From Eledone cirrhosa (lineage: Eukaryota): a stretch of DNA of 64,000 bases. This document shows positions 46,801 to 55,839 of this stretch, one piece after another. The stretch spans positions 290,470,001 to 290,534,000 of the forward strand of contig OZ024740.1 of NCBI GenBank assembly GCA_964016885.1, read 5' to 3'. The notes beneath the pieces were generated by a model that saw nothing but the letters and a program-made list of their open reading frames with translations, ran no database searches and had not been told where the DNA came from. The position numbers were made by a program, and so were the translations under genes. The first letter of the stretch is position 1, and each line of letters starts with the position of its first letter.

Positions 46801-49800
46801 TAAAAAACGGTCACCCAAATGAAAAATGGACCCCCAAATAAAAAACAACCACCCCTCCCACACACACACATACACACACCAAATAAAAAACGGATCGCCA
46901 AATAAGAAACAGACCACACCCCAATTAAAAAACGGAAATCACAAATAAAAACGGACACCCCCAAATAAAAAACGGATCCCCAAATAAAAAACGGATCCTC
47001 AAATAAAAAGGTATCCCCAAATAAAAAACGGACCCCCAAATAAAAAACGGATTCCCCAAAATAAAAAATGGATCCCCAAATTAAAAACGGACCCCCTCCC
47101 AAATAAAAAACGGATCCCCCCCAAATAAAAAACGGAGCCCCCACCAAATAAAAAACGGACCCCCTCCTACATAAAATATGGATCACCAAATAGAAAGTTA
47201 ACACATAAAAAACGGATCGATGCCCAAATAAAAAACGGAACCCCCAAATAAAAAACGGATCCCCCCAAATAAAAAACGGATTCCCCCAAATAAAAAGCGG
47301 TTACCCATATAAAAAACGGATACCCATATAAAAAACGGAGCCCCGCCCCTAATCAAAACGGACCCCCCAAAAAAACCCCATAAAAAACGGATTTCCAAAT
47401 AAAAAACGGATCACCCACTCCAAATAAAAAACGGATCGATGCCCAAATGAAAGACGGAACCTCCAAATTAAAAACGGACACCCCCAAATAAAAAACGGAC
47501 CCCCTCCCAAATAAAAAATGGATCCCCAAATAAGAACCGGACGCCCTAATAAAAAACGGATACCCCCAAATAAAAAACGGACCCCCTCCCAAATAAAAAA
47601 TGGATTCACAAATAAAAAGCGGACACCCAAATAAAAAATGGGTCCCCAAATAATAAACGGACACCCATATAAAAACCGGACTCCCACCCCAAATAAAAAA
47701 CGGATCCCCCAATAAAAAACGAACCCTCCCCCAATTAAAAACGAATCTTCCTCCCCCCTCAATAAAAAACGGACCCCCAAATAAAAAACGGCCCCCTCCA
47801 AATAAAAAACAGATCCCTAAATACAAAACGGACACTCAAATAAAAAACGGACACCTAAATAAAAAACGGACCGCCCCAAATAAAAGCGAAACCCCAAATA
47901 AAAAATGGATCCCTAAATAAAAAACGTAGACCCAAATAAAAAACGGACACCCAAATAAAACCGGATCCCCCAAAATAAAAGAAGGATCCCCATATAAAAA
48001 ACGGACCCCCCCCCCAAAAAAATATGAAAAACGGATTTCCAAATAAAAAACGGATCCCCCACCCCAAATAAAAAACTCATCGACGCCCAAATAAAAAACG
48101 GGACCCCCAAATAAAAAACGGATCCCCCAAATAAACAGATACCCATATAAAAAACGGACCCCCACCCAAATAAAAAACGGCTCCCCCCCAAATAAAAAAC
48201 GGATGCCCAAATAAAAAACGGATTTCCCCCGAATAAATAACGGACCCCCTCCCAAATAAAAAACGGACCCACAAATAAAAAACGAGCCCCCCACCCGAAA
48301 TAAATAACTGAGCCCCCCAAAAAATGGTACCCAAATAAAAGACGGATCCCCATATAAAAAGCGGAGCCCCCACCCCTAATATAAATCGGATCCTCCATAA
48401 AAAACGAACCCCCACCCCCCAAAAAACGGATCCCCCACCCCAAATAAAAAACGGATCCCCAACAAATAAAAAACGGACCCCCCCCAATAAAGAACGGAAC
48501 TCCCAAATAAAAAACGGACCCCCAAATAAAGAACGGATTCCCCCAAATAAAAAACGGGCCCCCCCACCCCAAATAAATAACGGTGCCCAAATAAAAATTA
48601 GATTCTCAAATAAAAAAACGGACCCCCAGATAAAAAGCGGATCCCCAAATAAAAAACGGACACCCATATAAAAGACGGAACCCCGCCCCAAATAAAAACG
48701 GTCCAAAAAACGGAGCCCCTTCCCCCCCTTAACCAATAAAAAACGGCCACCTCCAAATAAAAATCAGATCCCTAAATAAAAAATGGGTCCCCAAATAAAA
48801 AACGGACACACCAAATAAAAAACGGATCGCCAAATAAGAACGGACACCCCCAAATAAAAAACGGATCCCTAAATGAAAAACGGACCCCCCCCCAAATATA
48901 AATCAGACCCCCCAAAAAAGACGGACACCCAAATAAAAAAGGATCCCCAAATAAAAAACGGACCCCCAAATAAAAAACGGATTCCCCCAAATAAAAAATG
49001 GATCCCCAAATTAAAAACGGACCCCCTCCCAAATAAAAAACGGATCCCCCAAAATAAAAAACGGAGCCCCCACCAAATAATAAACGTACCCCCTCCTAAA
49101 TAAAATATGGATCACCAAATAGAAAGTCAACACATAAAAAACGGATCGATGCCCAAATAAAAAACGGAACCCCCAAATGAAAAACGGATCCTCCCAAATA
49201 AAAAACGGATTCCCCCAAATAAAAAGCGGATACCCATATAAAAAACAGATACCCATATAAAAAACGGGGCCCCACCCCTAATAAAAAACGGATACCCCCG
49301 AATAAAAAACGGACCGCCCAAATAAAAAACGCCCCCCCCCCACACACATACAGACACACCAAATAAAAAACGGATCGCCAAATAAGAACGGACACCCCCA
49401 AATAAAAAACGGATCCCTAAATGAAAAACGGAGCCCCCCCCACAAATAAAAAACGGGTCCCCCCCAAAAAACGGACACCCAAATAAAAACGGATCCTCAA
49501 ATAAAAAACGGATCCCCAAATAAAAAACGGATTCCCCCAAATAAAAAAAGGATCCCCAAATTAAAAACGGACCCCTCCCAAATAAAGAACGGACCCCCAA
49601 ATAAAAAACGGATTCCCCCAAATAAATAACGGAGCCCAAATAAAAATTGGATCCCCAAATAAAAAACGGGCCCAAATAAAAAAAGGATCCCCAAATAAAC
49701 AACGGACAACCATATAAAAAACGGACGCCCACCCCAAATAAAAAACGGATCCCCCCCAAAAAAGGGACCCCGCTTCCCCAATTAAAAACGTATCGGCTGC

Positions 49801-50229
49801 CCACCCCCACCCCCAAATGAAAAACGGCACCCTCAAAAAAAAAATCAGATCCCCAAATAAAAAACGGATTCCCAAATAAAAAACGGATCCCCAGATGAAA
49901 AACGGACACCCAAATGAAAAACGGACCCCACCCCAATTAAAAAACGGAATTCCCAAATCAAAACGGACGCCCCCAAATAAAAAATGGACCCCCAAATAAG
50001 AAACGGATCCTCAAATAAAAAACGGATCCCCAAATAAAAACGGACGCCCAATTTAAAAACGGATTCCTCCAAATAAAAAACGGATCCTCTCCCAAATAAA
50101 ATACGGACATCCGCCCCCGATAAAAAACGGATCCCCAAATAAAAAACTGGCCCCCACCCCAAATAAATAACGGTGCCCAAATAAAAATTGGATTCTCAAA
50201 TAAAAAACGGACCCCCAAATAAAAAGCGG

Positions 50230-53200
50230 ATCCCCAAATAAAAAACGGACACCCATATAAAAAACGGAACCCCACCCCAAATAAAAACGGTCCAAAAAAC
50301 GGAGCCCCTTCCCCCCCTTCCCCAATAAAAAACTGCCACCTCCAAATAAAAATCAGATCCCTAAATAAAAAACGAACACCCAAATAAAAACATTCCCAAA
50401 TAAAAAACGGAACCCCAAATAAAAAACGGACACCCCCAAATAAAAAACGGATCCTCAAATAAAAACGGAACCCAAATAAAAAACGGATTCCCCCAAATAA
50501 AAAACGGATCCCCAAATTAGAAACGGACACCCTCCCAAATAAAAAACGGATTCCCCCTCCAATAAAAAACGGATCCCCAAATAAAAAACGGACCCCCAAA
50601 TAAAAAACGGATTCCCCCCAAATAAAAAACTGGCACCCCACCCCAAATAAATAACGGAGCCCAAATAAAAATTGGATCGCCAAATAAAAAACGGACACCC
50701 AATTAAAAAACGGGTACCCAAATAAAAAACAGATCCCCAAATAAAAAACTGACCCTCCAAATAAAAAATGGACCCCTAAATATAAAAAGGAGACACAAAT
50801 AAAAATCGGACACCCAAATAAAAAACGGATCCCCCCAAATAAAAAACGGATCCCCAAATAAAAAACGGACACCCAAATAAAAGAAGGATCCCCATGTAAA
50901 AAACGGACCCCCCAAAAAAATATCAAAAACGGATTTCCAAATAAAAAACCGATCCCCCACCCCAAATAAAAAACGGATGGATGCCCAAATAAAAAACGGG
51001 ACCCCCAATAAAAAACGGATCCCCCCAAATAAACGGATACCCATATAAAAAACGGACCCCACCCAAATAAAAAACGGATTTCCCCAAATAAATAACGGAC
51101 CCCTCCCAAATAAAAAACGGACCCCAAATAAAAAACGGACCTCCAAATAAAAAACGGATTCCCCCAAATAAAAAACTGGCACCCCACCCCAAATAAATAA
51201 CGGAGCCCAAATAAAAAACGGACCCCCAAATAAAAAAATGGACCCCTAAATATAAAACGGAGACCCAAATAAAAAAACGAACACCCAAATATAAAACATT
51301 CCCAAATAAAAAACGGATCCCCAAATAAAAAACGGTCACCCAAATGAAAAATGGACCCCCAAATAAAAAACGATCCCCCCACACACACCAAATAAAAAAC
51401 GGATCGCCAAATAAAAAACGGACCCCACCCCAATTAAAAAACGGAACTCCCAAATAGAAACGGACACCCCCAAATAAAAAACGGATCCCCAAATAAAAAA
51501 CTGGCACCCCACCCCAAATAAAAACGGATCCCCAAATAAAAAACGAACCCCCAATTAAAAAACGGATCCCCAAATAAAAAACGGATTCCCCCCAAATAAA
51601 AAACTGGCACCCCACCCCAAATAAAAAACGGACACCCAAATAAAAAACGGATACCCCCAAATAAATAACGGATCCCCCCCAAAAAACGGACATCAAAATA
51701 AAAGAAGGATCCCCATATAAAAAACGGACCCCCCCCCAAAAAAAAGTATCAAAAACGGATTTCCAAATAAAAAACAGATCCCCACCCCAAATAAAAAACG
51801 TATCGTTGCCCAAATAAAAAACGGGACCCCCAATAAAAAACGGATCCCACCATATAAACGGATACCCATATAAAAAACGGACCCCACCCAAATAAAAAGC
51901 GTATCCCCCCCACAAATAAAAAACGGACACCCAAATAAAAAACGGATTTCCCCCAAATAAATAACGGACCCCCTCCCAAATAAAAAACGGAGCGCAAATA
52001 AAAAATGGATCCCCAAATAAAAAACGGATCTCCAAATAAAAAACGGACACCCAAATAAAAAACGGACCCCCCCCCAAATAAAAAACGAACCACCAAATAA
52101 AAAAATGGACCCCTAAATAAAAAACGGAGACCCAAATAAAAAAAGGACACCCAAATAAAAAGCGGACACCCAAATAATAGACGGATCCCCATATAAAAAA
52201 AGGACGCCCCCCAAAAAATACGGATTTCCAAGTAAAAAACGGATCCCCCACCCCAAATAAAAAAAGGTTCGATGCCCAAATAAAAAACGGAACACCCAAA
52301 TAAACAACGGATCGCCCAAAATAAAAAACGTATACCCATATAAAAAACCGACCCCCACCCCAAATAAAAAAGGGATCCCCCAATAAAAAACGGACCCCTC
52401 CCCAAAAAAAACGGATACCCCCAATAGAAAACGGATCCCCAAATAAAAAACGGCCCCCTCCAAATAAAAAACCCATTCCCAAATAAAAAACGGTCCTCCA
52501 CCCTAAATAAAAAACGGATCAATCCCCAAATAAAAAATGGATCCCCAAATAAAAAACGGCCGCCCAAATAAAAAACGGGCTCCCCAAATAAAAAACTAAC
52601 CCCCAAATAAAAAAAATGGACCCCCCCAAATAAAAAACGGATCACCAAATAAAAACGAATCCCCAAATAAAAGACGGATCCTCAAATAAAAACGGATCCC
52701 CAAATAAAAGACAGATCCCCATATAATAACGGACCCCCCCAAAGAAAATCGGATTCCCAAATAAAAAACGGATCCCCAAATAAAAAACGGACACCCATAT
52801 AAAAAACGGAACCCCACCCCAAATAAAAACGGTCCAAAAAACGGAGCCCCTTCCCCCCCCTTCCCCAATAAAAAACTGCCACCTCCAAATAAAAATCAGA
52901 TCCCTAAATAAAAAACGAACACCCAAATAAAAACATTCCCAAATAAAAAACGGAACCCCAAATAAAAAACGGACACCCCCAAATAAAAAACGGATCCTCA
53001 AATAAAAACGGAACCCAAATAAAAAACGGATTCCCCCAAATAAAAAACGGATCCCCAAATTAGAAACGGACACCCTCCCAAATAAAAAACGGATTCCCCC
53101 TCCAATAAAAAACGGATCCCCAAATAAAAAACGGACCCCCAAATAAAAAACGGATTCCCCCCAAATAAAAAACTGGCACCCCACCCCAAATAAATAACGG

Positions 53201-55500
53201 AGCCCAAATAAAAATTGGATCGCCAAATAAAAAACGGACACCCAATTAAAAAACGGGTACCCAAATAAAAAACAGATCCCCAAATAAAAAACTGACCCTC
53301 CAAATAAAAAATGGACCCCTAAATATAAAAAGGAGACACAAATAAAAATCGGACACCCAAATAAAAAATGGATCCCCCCAAATAAAAAACGGATCCCCAA
53401 ATAAAAAACGGACACCCAAATAAAAGAAGGATCCCCATGTAAAAAACGGACCCCCCCAAAAAATATCAAAAACGGATTTCCAAATAAAAAACCGATCCCC
53501 CACCCCAAATAAAAAACGGATGGATGCCCAAATAAAAAACGGGACCCCCAATAAAAAACGGATCCCCCCAAATAAACGGATACCCATATAAAAAACGGAC
53601 CCCACCCAAATAAAAAACGGATTTCCCCAAATAAATAACGGACCCCTCCCAAATAAAAAACGGACCCCAAATAAAAAACGGACCTCCAAATAAAAAACGG
53701 ATTCCCCCAAATAAAAAACTGGCACCCCACCCCAAATAAATAACGGAGCCCAAATAAAAAACGGACCCCCAAATAAAAAAATGGACCCCTAAATATAAAA
53801 CGGAGACCCAAATAAAAAAACGAACACCCAAATATAAAACATTCCCAAATAAAAAACGGATCCCCAAATAAAAAACGGTCACCCAAATGAAAAATGGACC
53901 CCCAAATAAAAAACGATCCCCCCCACACACACCAAATAAAAAACGGATCGCCAAATAAAAAACGGACCCCACCCCAATTAAAAAACGGAACTCCCAAATA
54001 GAAACGGACACCCCCAAATAAAAAACGGATCCCCAAATAAAAAACTGGCACCCCACCCCAAATAAAAACGGATCCCCAAATAAAAAACGGACCCCCAATT
54101 AAAAAACGGATCCCCAAATAAAAAACGGATTCCCCCCAAATAAAAAACTGGCACCCCACCCCAAATAAAAAACGGACACCCAAATAAAAAACGGATACCC
54201 CCAAATAAAAAACGGATCCCCAAATAAAAAACTGGCACCCCACCCCAAATAAAAACGGATCCCCAAATAAAAAACGGATCCCCAATTAAAAAACGGATCC
54301 CCAAATAAAAAACGGATTCCCCCCAAATAAAAAACTGGCACCCCACCCCAAATAAAAAACGGACACCCAAATAAAAAACGGATACCCCCAAATAAATAAC
54401 GGATCCCCCCCAAAAAACGGACATCAAAATAAAAGAAGGATCCCCATATAAAAAACGGACCCCCCCCAAAAAAAGTATCAAAAACGGATTTCCAAATAAA
54501 AAACAGATCCCCACCCCAAATAAAAAACGTATCGTTGCCCAAATAAAAAACGGGACCCCCAATAAAAAACGGATCCCACCATATAAACGGATACCCATAT
54601 AAAAAACGGACCCCACCCAAATAAAAAGCGTATCCCCCCCACAAATAAAAAACGGACACCCAAATAAAAAACGGATTTCCCCCAAATAAATAACGGACCC
54701 CCTCCCAAATAAAAAACGGAGCGCAAATAAAAAATGGATCCCCAAATAAAAAACGGATCTCCAAATAAAAAACGGACACCCAAATAAAAAACGGACCCCC
54801 CCCCAAATAAAAAACGAACCACCAAATAAAAAAATGGACCCCTAAATCAAAAACGGAGACCCAAATAAAAAAAGGACACCCAAATAAAAAGCGGACACCC
54901 AAATAATAGACGGATCCCCATATAAAAAAAGGACGCCCCCCAAAAAATACGGATTTCCAAGTAAAAAACGGATCCCCCACCCCAAATAAAAAAAGGTTCG
55001 ATGCCCAAATAAAAAACGGAACACCCAAATAAACAACGGATCGCCCAAAATAAAAAACGTATACCCATATAAAAAACCGACCCCCACCCCAAATAAAAAA
55101 GGGATCCCCCAATAAAAAACGGACCCCTCCCCCAAAAAAACGGATACCCCCAATAGAAAACGGATCCCCAAATAAAAAACGGCCCCCTCCAAATAAAAAA
55201 CCCATTCCCAAATAAAAAACGGTCCTCCACCCTAAATAAAAAACGGATCAATCCCCAAATAAAAAATGGATCCCCAAATAAAAAACGGCCGCCCAAATAA
55301 AAAACGGGCTCCCCAAATAAAAAACTAACCCCCAAATAAAAAAAATGGACCCCCCCAAATAAAAAACGGATCACCAAATAAAAACGAATCCCCAAATAAA
55401 AGACGGATCCTCAAATAAAAACGGATCCCCAAATAAAAGACAGATCCCCATATAATAACGGACCCCCCCAAAGAAAATCGGATTCCCAAATAAAAAACGG
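50230..55500 (+). repeat. ~2.54-kb direct tandem duplication (about 50230-52775 and 52775-55500); second copy has an extra internal ~186-bp duplication at about 54010-54385
   Basis: GGTCCAAAAAACGGAGCCCCTT occurs at 50289 and 52831. ORFs 50455..50760 and 52998..53303 are identical (offset 2543), and the offset grows to 2729 downstream (52113..52463 vs 54842..55192). Confidence 0.92.
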
Positions 55501-55809
55501 ATCCCCAAATTAAAAACGGCCCCCCTCCCAAATAAAAAACGCCCCCCCCCCCCATAAAAAACCGGATCCCCCCAAAAAACGGACACCCAAATAAAAACGA
55601 ATCCTCAAATAAAAAACGGATCCCCAAATGGAAAACGGATTCCCCCAAATAAATAACGGAGCCCAAATAAAAATTGGATCCCCAAATAAAAAACGGACCC
55701 CGCTTCCCCAATTAAAAAAGGATACCCACCCCCCAAATAAAAAACGGACCCCTAAATAAATAACGGACCCCTCCAAATAAAAATCAGATCCCATAATAAA
55801 AAACGGATC

Positions 55810-55839
55810 CCCAAATAAAAATCCCGTTTTTTATTTGGG
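55810..55839. other. Polarity-switch junction; 12-bp perfect inverted repeat with 6-nt loop
   Basis: The sequence reads CCCAAATAAAAA-TCCCGT-TTTTTATTTGGG. The last left monomer is truncated within its A-tract (55821), a single T follows, and the inverted monomers start at 55823. Confidence 0.93.

Larger units (their letters stand above)
1..55821 (+). repeat. Heterogeneous ~20-bp satellite array (left arm); core CCAAATAAAAAACGG + variable linker
   Basis: The core motif recurs about every 18-24 bp without interruption from base 1 to 55821, and no unique sequence longer than about one monomer was seen. The + strand is strongly A/C-rich, with G mostly confined to CGG. Strand label is by convention (A-rich strand = +). 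Confidence 0.98.

Noticed and set aside
5131-49103. Short K/P/N-rich + strand ORFs (5131, 11260, 21006, 39365, 40648, 42752, 46389, 48873)
   Set aside because: These are chance runs avoiding the in-frame TAA of AAATAAA, and are low-complexity repeat translations.
173-55794. Hundreds of overlapping minus-strand ORFs rich in F/G/W/Y/V, resembling membrane proteins
   Set aside because: This is the same artefact. ORFs overlap in all three frames, homopolymer indels between duplicates shift frames freely, and the ORF strand flips at the repeat polarity switch. I used them only as markers of duplication.
1-55821. CRISPR-like constant repeat with variable spacers
   Set aside because: The repeat (~15 bp) and spacers (3-12 bp) are far too short, the spacers are low-complexity and reused hundreds of times, and there is no leader or cas gene.
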